NCBI GenBank assembly: GCA_050011175.1
Contig: JBEKJR010000008.1
Span: forward strand, 73,610 to 137,609
Length of the DNA: 64,000 nt
Direction: 5' to 3'
Source of the DNA: Terracidiphilus sp.
GTDB lineage: Bacteria > Acidobacteriota > Terriglobia > Terriglobales > Acidobacteriaceae
The translations under genes and the position numbers were made by a program. Below the pieces are notes generated by a model. That model was not told the origin of the DNA. It did no database searches and worked only from the letters and a program-made list of their open reading frames with translations. Within the stretch, counting starts at the first letter, position 1; every line of letters begins with the position of its first letter. Shown here piece by piece: positions 1 to 8,886 of this stretch.

Positions 1-84
1 TGTGTGATCGAGCAGCGCAACGAATCCGATCAGCAGCAGAATGGCCGGGCCGCGCAGGCGGCGAATCATGATGTAATAGCTCAT
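1..84 (-). CDS. 5' part of a DUF5668/LiaF-like membrane protein, truncated by the window edge
   Basis: ATG at 84-82 overlaps the TGA of the upstream gene (ATGA coupling) and reads MSYYIMIRRLRGPAILLLIGFVALLDHT, a hydrophobic start. Confidence 0.6.
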   Translation of the reverse strand, partial: MSYYIMIRRLRGPAILLLIGFVALLDHT

Positions 85-881
85 TTGGAACCTCCTCTTG
101 AATCTTCGATACGGCGAATGATCAGCCAGACGCCGAGAGCAATCAGCAATAGCGGCCACGTTAACCCAAAGAAGCGGTCGCGGAAGACATCCAACTGTCC
201 CAGCAGGAACAAGATGCCCAGGGAAATCAGCACGATGGCGCCCACCGGCGCTCTACTCGGATAGCAAATGGGCGGCGGCGGAGGCACGGTTGGATCGACA
301 TAGCCGGCTGGCGGCGGCGTGAATGGGGCCGAATAAGGCGGCGGAGGCTGATAGCCCCCGGTTGGCGGCACTGGAGAAGCCTGACCGGCGGCGGGCTGGC
401 CGGGATTCCGCGGCCGCGGGCCCAGGTTGAGCACGTTGCTCAACTCGTTCAGCCCAAAGGGATCGGGCGGCGGCAGGCCATCGCGCAGCGCCTTGGCGGT
501 GTGATAGGCCTCAAAGGATTGGTATAGGATCCAGGCGGCGATGAAGATGCCAAAGATGCCGTAATAGCCGGCGAGGCTGACCAAGACGGCGAAGACGACC
601 ACATGGATAAACCCCTTGACGAACTGGCCGTTATACATGGCTCCCACGCCGGGAATGAGTCCCAGCACCGCGGCAGACGAGGGGTTGGGCCCACGGGCCG
701 GAGGCGGAATGAACGGCTGTTGATAGCTCTGCCATGCCGTCAAGCAAGGCTCGCAGAGAAGCTGACCTCCTGCCGCGTTGCGCACGCAACCGGCACAGAG
801 CGCTTTGCCGCAGCTTTGGCAGTAAGCCGTCGCGTTGATACCACTGTGATTTACGCAATCCATTTTGTGCTCCTTTCCCAT
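81..881 (-). CDS. B-box-like Zn-finger / TM / DUF5668 membrane protein
   Basis: N-terminal CxxH-x7-CxxC-x4-CxxC motif, central TM hairpins, Pro-rich linker, C-terminal GAIVLISLGILFLL...WPLLLIALG segment. Confidence 0.7.
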   Translation of the reverse strand: MGKEHKMDCVNHSGINATAYCQSCGKALCAGCVRNAAGGQLLCEPCLTAWQSYQQPFIPPPARGPNPSSAAVLGLIPGVGAMYNGQFVKGFIHVVVFAVLVSLAGYYGIFGIFIAAWILYQSFEAYHTAKALRDGLPPPDPFGLNELSNVLNLGPRPRNPGQPAAGQASPVPPTGGYQPPPPYSAPFTPPPAGYVDPTVPPPPPICYPSRAPVGAIVLISLGILFLLGQLDVFRDRFFGLTWPLLLIALGVWLIIRRIEDSRGGSK

Positions 882-1717
882 GTTTCGCTTCGGGAGCCGC
901 CGGAGTGCGCGGACCGGTACTGAGAGATCAGGGAAGTTTCTAAAAAGTCAGAATTGATGAGAGGTGGCTGAACAGCAGGGCCAGCAGCCAGACTGTCAGG
1001 ATGTTGCGGAGGAACTGTCTGCTGGCCCCCATTTCCAGGGCCCTGTTTTGATTCACCGGGCGCCAGGTCTTGCGGTTTTTGCGGGTTGTCTTCGCCCTCT
1101 CCCCGCTCGCCAACGCCGGTGGTCTGGCGCAGCTCGCGCATCGTGGACTGCACCTCGTAGGACAGCCGCGAGTTGTCGTAGTAGCGGATGATGGGGGTCG
1201 AGGCCATGGTGAGCTGCCGCTCCATGTAGGAGCGCATCGTGCTGGGCTGCAGATCGCTGAGCCGCAGGCTGCTCAACCGGACGCCGGTGATGTTGAGGGT
1301 CATGGCGACGGAAAAGAAGGCCATGGCCGCTGTCATCAGCAGGCGGGGCTCGGCAAAGCGCTGGACGCGGGCCATCAGGCCGGGACGCTGCCAGGGCGGA
1401 ACGGAGACTGGACGGATGGGGATTACATTACTGCCGGCGGTAGCCAGCCGGTAATTTTCTACCTGTCCCGGACCGGTGTGGGCCAGTATCTTGTCTAATA
1501 GCCCGGCCGGGACCTCCGGTTCCGGGGAAAGAAACACCAGCCACTCGCGGCCCCTGCGCGCCTCTTCAAAGAGGGCAGAGCAGGCCGGGCAGACGGCCCT
1601 GTGAGCGTTAAAGAGAGCCTCGTCCTGGGGCTTCAGCAGCCCGTCCAGCGCGTCCGCCAAAAGCATCTCCCACTCGCCGCAGGCGGGGGAGTTCGGATTG
1701 TGATTGCGCTCTGCCAT
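851..1717 (-). CDS. zf-HC2 (ZAS-type) anti-sigma factor
   Basis: CGEWEMLLADALDG...HRAVCPAC (HxxxCxxC), one TM segment, start overlaps the sigma stop. Confidence 0.85.
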   Translation of the reverse strand: MAERNHNPNSPACGEWEMLLADALDGLLKPQDEALFNAHRAVCPACSALFEEARRGREWLVFLSPEPEVPAGLLDKILAHTGPGQVENYRLATAGSNVIPIRPVSVPPWQRPGLMARVQRFAEPRLLMTAAMAFFSVAMTLNITGVRLSSLRLSDLQPSTMRSYMERQLTMASTPIIRYYDNSRLSYEVQSTMRELRQTTGVGERGEGEDNPQKPQDLAPGESKQGPGNGGQQTVPPQHPDSLAAGPAVQPPLINSDFLETSLISQYRSAHSGGSRSETWERSTKWIA

Positions 1718-2442
1718 TACATTACCTCCCGTCTATTACGTTCCAGGAGCCTCGCAAGTTCCGCGCGGCCCCGGCTGATGCGGGACTTGACCGTTCCTTC
1801 GGGAATTCCCAGCACGCAGGCAATCTCCTTGTAGTCCATATCCTGTAAATCGCGCAGAATGACGGCTTCACGGAGATCGACCGAGACGCGGGCCAAGGCG
1901 TCCTGCACCATCTTCGCCAATTCTTTGCTAGCGGCCGCCTCATGGGGCGAGATGCCGCGGGCGGTGAGCCTGTCGATAGGCTTGAATTCATCGGCCGACT
2001 CCCAACCATCGTCTAATGAAGAAGTTACGCGCTGGTTGCGGGTCCGGCGGTAGTTGTCCACCAGCAGGTTGCGGGTCATGGTGGTAATCCACACCTGCAG
2101 GGAGCCGCGCCCGGTGTCAAAGCTGGACAGGTTGGAGTAAATCTTCAGAAAAACGTCCTGGGCGAGGTCCTCGGCGTCGGTGGGGTTGCCGGTAAAGCGG
2201 TAGCAAAGCCCGTAGACGCGCCGGTGCTGCGCGCGGACCAGCTCGGTCCAGGCGCTGGAATCACCGTCCATGCAGCGGCGGACGATTTGGGACCAATCGA
2301 TCTCCAGAGAGGCAGCCTCCCCGCGCGACGGACGAACGGCTGGCGCAAGAGCCGGGGCTCCCGCGGACAGGCTGTCCGTGGGGTGGAGAGCCGGGGTTTC
2401 CAGCTCAACCTCGCTCCAGCTTAATGTACCCACGCCTGGCAT
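1717..2442 (-). CDS. ECF sigma-70 factor (RpoE-like)
   Basis: Region 2 DAEDLAQDVFLKIY and region 4 YKEIACVLGIPEGTVKSRISRGR. Confidence 0.95.
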   Translation of the reverse strand: MPGVGTLSWSEVELETPALHPTDSLSAGAPALAPAVRPSRGEAASLEIDWSQIVRRCMDGDSSAWTELVRAQHRRVYGLCYRFTGNPTDAEDLAQDVFLKIYSNLSSFDTGRGSLQVWITTMTRNLLVDNYRRTRNQRVTSSLDDGWESADEFKPIDRLTARGISPHEAAASKELAKMVQDALARVSVDLREAVILRDLQDMDYKEIACVLGIPEGTVKSRISRGRAELARLLERNRREVM

Positions 2443-2450
2443 ATTGCGAT

Positions 2451-2478
2451 AGTACGCAGGTATTTCCAGATTAGTTCC
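2451..2478 (-). promoter_or_regulatory. Putative autoregulatory ECF promoter GGAACT-N16-CGTACT
   Basis: Minus strand reads ggaact aatctggaaatacctg cgtact, ending 8 nt before the sigma ATG. Confidence 0.6.
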
Positions 2479-2507
2479 GTTGGCTGGAATATGCTGAAAT
2501 GAAACTG

Positions 2508-2542
2508 TCCCATCCTAGCAATATTTTGTCGCGAGGATGGGA
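2508..2542. repeat. Family A palindromic hairpin
   Basis: tcccatcct...aggatggga inverted repeat, related to the copies at 5191, 12954, 17655, 25260 and 60633. Confidence 0.6.
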
Positions 2543-2621
2543 TAAGAACTTGATCATGACTGGCACACACACCTGTAGGGTTTGAGTGGTTTTTTTGTCT
2601 TTATACTGTTACTCTCAAACT

Positions 2622-2888
2622 ATGCAGATCACCGTTCAACTTCCCGACGATCTGGTCCAGCACCCCAACCCAGGACGCGAGGCTCTGGAATCGCTGGCTA
2701 TAGAGGGATACCGCGCGGGAACGCTCTCTCATTTTCAGGCGAGCCAAGTGCTGGGAATGTCGCGTTTCGAGTTCGACAGCTTTCTCAAGGAGCGGCATAT
2801 CGACGACCACGCCTACGATGCGGATGACCTGGATGAGGATCGCAAGACCCTACGCGAACTCCAGGCCAAGGGACTTCTCCGGGCATGA
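2622..2888 (+). CDS. UPF0175-family protein, putative antitoxin
   Basis: MQITVQLPDD...LAIEGYRAGTLSHFQASQVLGMSRFEF; overlaps the downstream PIN-like gene. Confidence 0.8.
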   Translation: MQITVQLPDDLVQHPNPGREALESLAIEGYRAGTLSHFQASQVLGMSRFEFDSFLKERHIDDHAYDADDLDEDRKTLRELQAKGLLRA

Positions 2889-3367
2889 TCTTTGTTGCCG
2901 ACACTTCTCCCCTCAACTACCTGATTCAAATCGCTTGCGACAATCTCCTTCCTCAGCTTTACGGACGTATCGTTGTTCCCTCAGGGGTGATGAAGGAGTT
3001 GGGGCATCCTGGCGCCCCAGCGGCGGTGCGTGTGTGGCTGACGAAAGTTCCTGCCTGGATCGAGGTAAGCCTGACCAGTTCCTTGCCCAACGCAGAGCTT
3101 GCATTCTTGGGGCTAGGGGAACAAGAAGCAATTCAGCTTGCCGAAGAGCGACATGCAGACCTGCTGCTGATGGATGAACGCAAGGGACGCTTGGAAGCCA
3201 AGCGGCGCGGCCTCAGAACGACCGGAACGTTGGGCGTTTTGTTGAGTGCTGGAGAGTTGAGTTTGATTGAACCAGCGTCAGCCTATCGGCGGTTGCTCAC
3301 CGAGACCTCATTTCGCGCTTCTGCCGCACTGGAAGCGCATTTTCTACGGCAAATTAACACTAGATGA
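2885..3367 (+). CDS. DUF3368 PIN-like nuclease, putative toxin
   Basis: VADTSPLNYL, LGLGEQEAI, LLLMDERKGR and TTGTLGVL motifs. Confidence 0.85.
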   Translation: MIFVADTSPLNYLIQIACDNLLPQLYGRIVVPSGVMKELGHPGAPAAVRVWLTKVPAWIEVSLTSSLPNAELAFLGLGEQEAIQLAEERHADLLLMDERKGRLEAKRRGLRTTGTLGVLLSAGELSLIEPASAYRRLLTETSFRASAALEAHFLRQINTR

Positions 3368-3560
3368 TGAAATGTCGTGACTTTCCATCTAGGCTCCAAC
3401 AATGCAAACCACTGTGTAGAGGCCTGGCGCTAAACCCTATCAATGGAGTGCGTGAAATTGTGTAATCCGCGTAATCGCTTCATCGTTGAATTTGACAATC
3501 ATAAGATGGGGCAAACGATAATGCTGACACTGGGCAATGTCAGCATCACGGGAGTCCAGA

Positions 3561-4220
3561 ATGGATAAGAATCGGCCGAGTCGGCGGGATTTTCTGCTTG
3601 GTTTTCTGGTTGTGTTTTCGTTGTGCAGCGCCTGCCTGAACGTGATTCTGGTGTTGCACATATCCCACCCGACATTTTGGCGGGAATTCCAACTGAGCCG
3701 GCTTCACCCCGCGGCGATCAGCTCCAATGATCACGTTCGCGGCAGCGCGAATGCACCTATCACGGTGATTGAATACGCGGATTTTCAGTGTCCCTATTGC
3801 CGGCAGTTGCACGTTACGCTGCAGGCCGCGGCGAGCGAAGGAAAGATTCGCTGGGTGTACCGGGATTATCCGCTGTCCATGCACGAATTTGCTTTCAGGG
3901 AAGCTGAAGCCGCGCAATGCGCGGGGGCACAGGGGAAGTACTGGGAATTCGCAGATGCTCTTTATGCGAATCAGGCGGAAATTGTCTCATCGAAGGCCAT
4001 CGACCAGGAACTCAACACGTTGTCGCAAGCGGTACACGCCGATCCGGCCGCGTTGATGCAATGCATTCAATCCGCGCGGTTCAGAACGGTTGTTCAGGAC
4101 GAAGCAAACGAAGCTGATAAACTGCAAATTGCGGCGACTCCCACCATTTTCATCAACAACGAGCGGCATGAGGGGTCTGTGTCGTACAGTGAACTTATGA
4201 AGCTGATTGCAAATCATTAA
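3561..4220 (+). CDS. DsbA-family thiol-disulfide oxidoreductase with N-terminal anchor
   Basis: EYADFQCPYC active site, ATPT cis-Pro loop, N-terminal SRRDFLL plus hydrophobic stretch, GGAG RBS. Confidence 0.9.
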   Translation: MDKNRPSRRDFLLGFLVVFSLCSACLNVILVLHISHPTFWREFQLSRLHPAAISSNDHVRGSANAPITVIEYADFQCPYCRQLHVTLQAAASEGKIRWVYRDYPLSMHEFAFREAEAAQCAGAQGKYWEFADALYANQAEIVSSKAIDQELNTLSQAVHADPAALMQCIQSARFRTVVQDEANEADKLQIAATPTIFINNERHEGSVSYSELMKLIANH

Positions 4221-4246
4221 CCGTAAAAACAGAAGGCGAGGTCGAA

Positions 4247-4555
4247 ATGAAAAGTCAATGGATCATGCGGATTCTGGGCGGCGCCACGGCGTTGATTTTG
4301 GGCGTGATGGTCACGCTGGCGCTTGCGCAAACGGGGCTATTGAATGGGACTACAGCTCATGTCTATGCCAGTAATGGTTGCCCGGCGGGGATGCACGTCT
4401 GCGCGGACGACAAACACTGCTGTCCAGCAACGGCGGTATATGATTGCGTGGTCAACAGCTGCGACGCCAGCAAGAGCCGCACATGCTACACGAATACCGA
4501 CGATAATAACAAATACCTTTCACAGTGTTGCAGTCAGTTGATCAATTGCCCGTAG
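4247..4555 (+). CDS. Secreted cysteine-rich mini-protein (10 Cys)
   Basis: GAGG RBS, signal-peptide-like N-terminus, C-x6-C-x5-CC-x7-C-x4-C-x7-C-x13-CC-x5-C pattern. Confidence 0.75.
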   Translation: MKSQWIMRILGGATALILGVMVTLALAQTGLLNGTTAHVYASNGCPAGMHVCADDKHCCPATAVYDCVVNSCDASKSRTCYTNTDDNNKYLSQCCSQLINCP

Positions 4556-5045
4556 TCGCGCAGGAAGAGTGACTTTCCATCCAGGCGCCGACAATGCGAG
4601 CGGCTTCTTCAAGAAAGCTGCGGTCGGCCTCGGTGAAGGCGGCTGGGGTGTGGCTGTCGATGTCGATTTCGCCGACAACGCGGCCATGCGCGCGGATGGG
4701 GACGACAATCTCGGATTTTGTGCGGATGGAGCAGGAGAGATAGCGGGAGTCGGCGTTCACGTCGTCCACGACAACGGTCTCTCCGGTGGCCACAGCGGCA
4801 CCGCAGATGCCTTGCGTGACAGGGATGCGGATGTGCGGGGTGGGCTCGCCGACAAAGGCGCCCAGGAGCAGCGTCTGAGGGTCGCCGGGGTCGAGCATAT
4901 AGAAGCCGGTCCAGTTGTAATGGGGGAACCCGGCGGCGATGGCCGCGACGATGGCTTTCTCGAGGGCATCGAGAGAGGACGTAGTTGCGGTGAGTTCGCG
5001 GATGCGGGAGAGCAGGGAGAGCATCTGCGGGGTGAGGGCGGGCAT
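4542..5045 (-). CDS. GAF-domain protein, free methionine-R-sulfoxide reductase (MsrC-like)
   Basis: YNWTGFY, GICGAA and YLSCSIRTKSEIVVP motifs; start could be 5051. Confidence 0.8.
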   Translation of the reverse strand: MPALTPQMLSLLSRIRELTATTSSLDALEKAIVAAIAAGFPHYNWTGFYMLDPGDPQTLLLGAFVGEPTPHIRIPVTQGICGAAVATGETVVVDDVNADSRYLSCSIRTKSEIVVPIRAHGRVVGEIDIDSHTPAAFTEADRSFLEEAARIVGAWMESHSSCATTGN

Positions 5046-5157
5046 GTTCATCTCTTTCAGGTGTAGCACGGCGAACACAAACAAAGGCCCGGGCCTGAAG
5101 GCATCTGTGGTGCGACCAGTCGCTCGCTATTCGCGCGCATGGGCTTCTTATAAGGGC

Positions 5158-5272
5158 TAGAGCATTTTCACAGTTTCTGTGAGGCTGATTTTGTGGTTTC
5201 CCACCCATTTCACACAGAACGTGAAATGGATGGGGCACGGAGCTTCCTTACACTATCGGTGAAAATGCTCTA
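5158..5272. mobile_element. MITE-like element with perfect 14-bp terminal inverted repeats and an internal family A hairpin
   Basis: TAGAGCATTTTCAC ... GTGAAAATGCTCTA; near-identical copy at 12918-13066. Confidence 0.75.
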
Positions 5273-5297
5273 AAACTCCATGCTCCCTCTGGAATCT

Positions 5298-6374
5298 TCA
5301 ATGAAATTGTCTTCCTATCTTCATTGTGCGTGAGGCGTTGTGTGGCGCAATCGTTCCATCGGCGCGTATGACCGCCTCTTGCCCCGGCTCCATGAAAAAA
5401 GACGCGCCGCTAATCGGTGTAATCTCCAGCTCGCCGCGGGCCAGCTTGATGTATCCCTCAGCGCCCGGCTCGTACTTAAGGGAAAGATCCGTACCGCGGA
5501 CGCCGATCGTGCCTACTGGGAGATTGACCTTCATATGCGCGGGGTCTTTCCGAGCGACTTTGCCGGTGACAAAGCGGAAGATGCCCTTGGTAATCCGCGC
5601 GGTCACCACGCCGGCCGACGTGTTCGGATCGTAGACAAACTCATCCAACACCATATCGCTCTCCGGACCGATAGTGAAGACGGTTTCGTCCAGCAGCTGT
5701 ATCTGCATGTGTCCGTTCGGTCCTGTGATGATATTGTCGTAGAGCGACACCGTCATGCCAGAGGTGATGGGCTCTTGGCGGTTGCCGACGACCCGGTAGA
5801 CTTCGCCGTGGATTGCCGCCGCCGTCCCGATTCGCGTTCCCGCCACACTCCCGATCCGAGTCTGCGGCCCGGCCAGGACAGGCTGCGCCACCGAGGCGTT
5901 CAGCGAGCAGGTGGTGCGGGCGCTGGCCATCTCGTTCTGGACGGTCTGCTGGGTCTGCTGCTTGCGCGTCCGCATATAGGTATACAGGTTGTCGTAGTAA
6001 TTCCGGGGAGAGAAGTTCGGATACAAGTCGTCGAGATCCAACAGCCTTTGCGCCTTCCCCAAGGTTTCAATAGCCTGGCTGCACTTGCCTTTTTCGATCT
6101 CGTTCTGGCTCTTCTTGATGATGTCGTTGACGCTGCGAATCGTGGCATGGTCGCGGTCCCAGGCGTGCTGGTAGTGCTTGAACTGCCGGTCAATCTCAAT
6201 ATCCATCGCATCTTTCGGCAGGTTACGGGGAACGCTGTTATCGCGGCTGGGCCGGTTGCCGCCGCCGCAGCCGGAGACGCACTTGTGCCCATTCACTTCC
6301 TGCGCGTGTGACTGTATAGCGATAGAGAGCAGGATCGCGGCGGTGGCGAAAAGGAATCGACGTAAGGTCAACAT
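5298..6374 (-). CDS. Secreted FecR-domain protein
   Basis: Signal peptide MLTLRRFLFATAAILL and FecR-like core (ITGPNGHMQIQLLDETVFTIGPES...GIFRFVTG...TIGVRGT); the listed ORF's upstream extension is a shadow of glgC. Confidence 0.8.
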   Translation of the reverse strand: MLTLRRFLFATAAILLSIAIQSHAQEVNGHKCVSGCGGGNRPSRDNSVPRNLPKDAMDIEIDRQFKHYQHAWDRDHATIRSVNDIIKKSQNEIEKGKCSQAIETLGKAQRLLDLDDLYPNFSPRNYYDNLYTYMRTRKQQTQQTVQNEMASARTTCSLNASVAQPVLAGPQTRIGSVAGTRIGTAAAIHGEVYRVVGNRQEPITSGMTVSLYDNIITGPNGHMQIQLLDETVFTIGPESDMVLDEFVYDPNTSAGVVTARITKGIFRFVTGKVARKDPAHMKVNLPVGTIGVRGTDLSLKYEPGAEGYIKLARGELEITPISGASFFMEPGQEAVIRADGTIAPHNASRTMKIGRQFH

Positions 6375-6565
6375 TCTGTGCCTCCCTGGGAGCGGCCGCA
6401 ATGGGCGTACTCCCAAAGCGGTCGAAGAATTCTTCCCACAGTTGAGATCGATTTTCCGCCTAAATAATAAACCTGTTTCTCTTGCGCCGCAATCGAAAAA
6501 GAGGCGCAATCGCCAAGAGCGCCAGCTACAGCCGTCGCCCTTGAAAATAAACGAGGTGGATTTAC

Positions 6566-7819
6566 TTAGTACCGCTGCTCGAAGGCGGGATCGACAGGGT
6601 TTTCGAAGAGCGAGGCGTCGCGGGTGACGATGGTCAGCCCCGAGGGGGTGACGAAGTAGCGCTTCTTGTCCTCCACCGGGTCGTAGCCGATGACCGTGCC
6701 CTCGGGAATGTGGACATGGCGGTCGATGATGGCGCGGCGGATGCGGCAATGGCGGCCGATGTTGACGTGCGAAAAGATGATGCTGGCGTCCACGGTGGAG
6801 TAGGAGTTGACGCGCACATCCTGCGAGACCACGCAATTGGAGACCGTGGCGCCGGAGATGATGACGCCGGCGGTGATGACCGAATCGACCGCCATGCCGG
6901 AGCGGCCCGGCTCTGCAAAGACGAACTTGGCGGGCGGATACTGGCGCACGCGCGTGCGGATGGGCCAGTCCTTGTCGTAGAGGTTGAAGACCGGCGAAAC
7001 CGCGCAGAGGTCCATGTTGGCGTCGTAATAAGCGTCCAGCGTGCCCACGTCGCGCCAATAGAGCGCCTGCTGCTTGTTCTCGTCCACAAAGTTGTAGGCC
7101 ATCATTTTCTTCTTGCCCAGCATGTTGGGCAGGATGTCGTGGCCGAAGTCGTGTCTGGAGTCCGGAATCTCAGCGTCGGCGATCAGCGCCTTCAACAGAG
7201 TCTCGGTGTTGAAGATGTAAATGCCCATGGAGGCATCCACGGAGTCGGGGTTGAACGGCGAGCGGAAAGTGGTTGAGGCCGGTTTCTCCAGAAAGCCCAG
7301 GACCTCGCCTGTCTTGCCCACTTCCACAACGCCGAATTGCTTCACCTGGCCGGGCGAAATGGGCAGCGTAGCCAGCGTCACCTCCGCGCCGGTCTCCTTG
7401 TGCTGCTCCAGCATGCGGTTGTAGTTCATCTTGTAGATGGCGTCGCCCTGGAGGATGATCATGTACTTGGGCTGCTCGCTGCCGATGGAGTAGATATTCT
7501 GGTAAACCGCATCGGCGGTGCCCATGTACCAGTTGGCGCCGGTGCGCTGCATGGGTGGAAGCAGCTCGAAGAACTCGCCCAGCTCCTGGCCCACAATGCC
7601 CGTCCAGCCTTCGCGGATGTGCCGATTGAGCGAGAGGGCCTTGTACTGCGTGAGGATGAAAACCTTGCGCAGGCCGGAGTTGATGCAGTTGGAAAGGGTG
7701 ATGTCGATGATGCGGTAGTGCCCGCCAAAGGGCACGGCCGGCTTGGCGCGATCGCGGGTGAGGGGAAAGAGCCGTTCTCCCGCTCCGCCGGCAAGCAAAA
7801 CTCCAAGTGTTTCTCTCAT
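6566..7819 (-). CDS. glgC: Glucose-1-phosphate adenylyltransferase
   Basis: LAGGAGERLFPLTRDRAKPAVPFGG, WYMGTADAV and YWRDVGT motifs. Confidence 0.97.
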   Translation of the reverse strand: MRETLGVLLAGGAGERLFPLTRDRAKPAVPFGGHYRIIDITLSNCINSGLRKVFILTQYKALSLNRHIREGWTGIVGQELGEFFELLPPMQRTGANWYMGTADAVYQNIYSIGSEQPKYMIILQGDAIYKMNYNRMLEQHKETGAEVTLATLPISPGQVKQFGVVEVGKTGEVLGFLEKPASTTFRSPFNPDSVDASMGIYIFNTETLLKALIADAEIPDSRHDFGHDILPNMLGKKKMMAYNFVDENKQQALYWRDVGTLDAYYDANMDLCAVSPVFNLYDKDWPIRTRVRQYPPAKFVFAEPGRSGMAVDSVITAGVIISGATVSNCVVSQDVRVNSYSTVDASIIFSHVNIGRHCRIRRAIIDRHVHIPEGTVIGYDPVEDKKRYFVTPSGLTIVTRDASLFENPVDPAFEQRY

Positions 7820-7840
7820 CGCTGTTCAAACCTGCTTTCG

Positions 7841-7903
7841 CCCGGGTTATCACCCCAACGAGCAAAAATCGCTCGTTGGGGACCCCAGGTCGCCGGGGAC
7901 CCC
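7841..7903. repeat. Family B palindromic repeat
   Basis: ccccaacgagcaaaaatcgctcgttgggg hairpin plus ggacccc repeats; related to 32270, 33114 and 58026. Confidence 0.7.
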
Positions 7904-8125
7904 GAATTAAAAAGCGCCGACCTCCAAGCCGGCATATCCTCCGCGGACTCTGATTCTACAGGTACTGCCGAGGGGTGGAGAATACCACACCCTTTTGAAC
8001 TCGTCAGCCCCTTTCACTTTATCGAAGATGGCGGCCCCATGGGAGAAAACAGGAGCTACCGGCGCACAATTTGCGTCCCGGAAACTCCTGTTTTGGGAAG
8101 ATTGACGGATGGGAGCAGCGGCCTT

Positions 8126-8824
8126 CTACCGCTTCTTACTGAACTTGTACTCGACGCCCACCGAGATGGCGAAGTTGACATCGTTCTGGGTGATCAGGGG
8201 CGCATAGTTGGTGCTGTAGCGGGTAAGGACGGCATCGGGCGTGATGCGGAAGACCCAGTGCGCGGAGCGGTTCAGGTCCATGTGGCCGCCGATAATGGCT
8301 GCCGGAGCAATCTGGTTGTAGTAGAAATTTTCCACCTGCGGAGTGACATTGCCCAGATGCGCATCAAAGTATGCGCCGCCAAACATCGCGTGGGCAATCA
8401 GAGCGCCGTGCTTGTTGTGCGGACCCAGCCATTCGGGTCCGGCGGCAAACAAGTATTGGCTGACGAACGGCCCGTGGACAACCGAAGGGCCAGTAGCACC
8501 GGTGCCGCTGCTGCCCAGGTAGGCGCGCCCCGTGCCTTCCACGCCCCAGTGCTTCATGAGCCAATAGGAGGCGGAGAGATCGAGACCTCCCAAATTGGCT
8601 CCTTGCAGCACATTGGCTCCGGCTTTCATATGGTCGTAGGCCATGCCCAGGGAAACATCGAAGCGGTTATCGTAGCGCACACCGGCCAGCGGGTCGCTGG
8701 CGATGTAGGTGCCAGTACCGGTGGTTGGATTGGCGGTGCTTTGCGCCTGGGCGCGGGTTCCGGAAGGCAAAGCCAGGAGGGCAACGACGGCAAGAGCGAA
8801 GGGCAATTTCACTGAAATACGCAT
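8126..8824 (-). CDS. Outer-membrane beta-barrel protein
   Basis: Signal peptide, alternating amphipathic strands, C-terminal VGVEYKF. Confidence 0.7.
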   Translation of the reverse strand: MRISVKLPFALAVVALLALPSGTRAQAQSTANPTTGTGTYIASDPLAGVRYDNRFDVSLGMAYDHMKAGANVLQGANLGGLDLSASYWLMKHWGVEGTGRAYLGSSGTGATGPSVVHGPFVSQYLFAAGPEWLGPHNKHGALIAHAMFGGAYFDAHLGNVTPQVENFYYNQIAPAAIIGGHMDLNRSAHWVFRITPDAVLTRYSTNYAPLITQNDVNFAISVGVEYKFSKKR

Positions 8825-8886
8825 CGTTCTCAGCTTACATGAGGATACCGGCAGGGGACAACGCCAGCCGGGCGAGAAATTTGGCG

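Noticed and set aside
6375-7058. Apparent N-terminal extension fusing the FecR ORF over glgC
   Set aside because: It is an alternative frame of glgC; a signal peptide and RBS mark the real start at 6374
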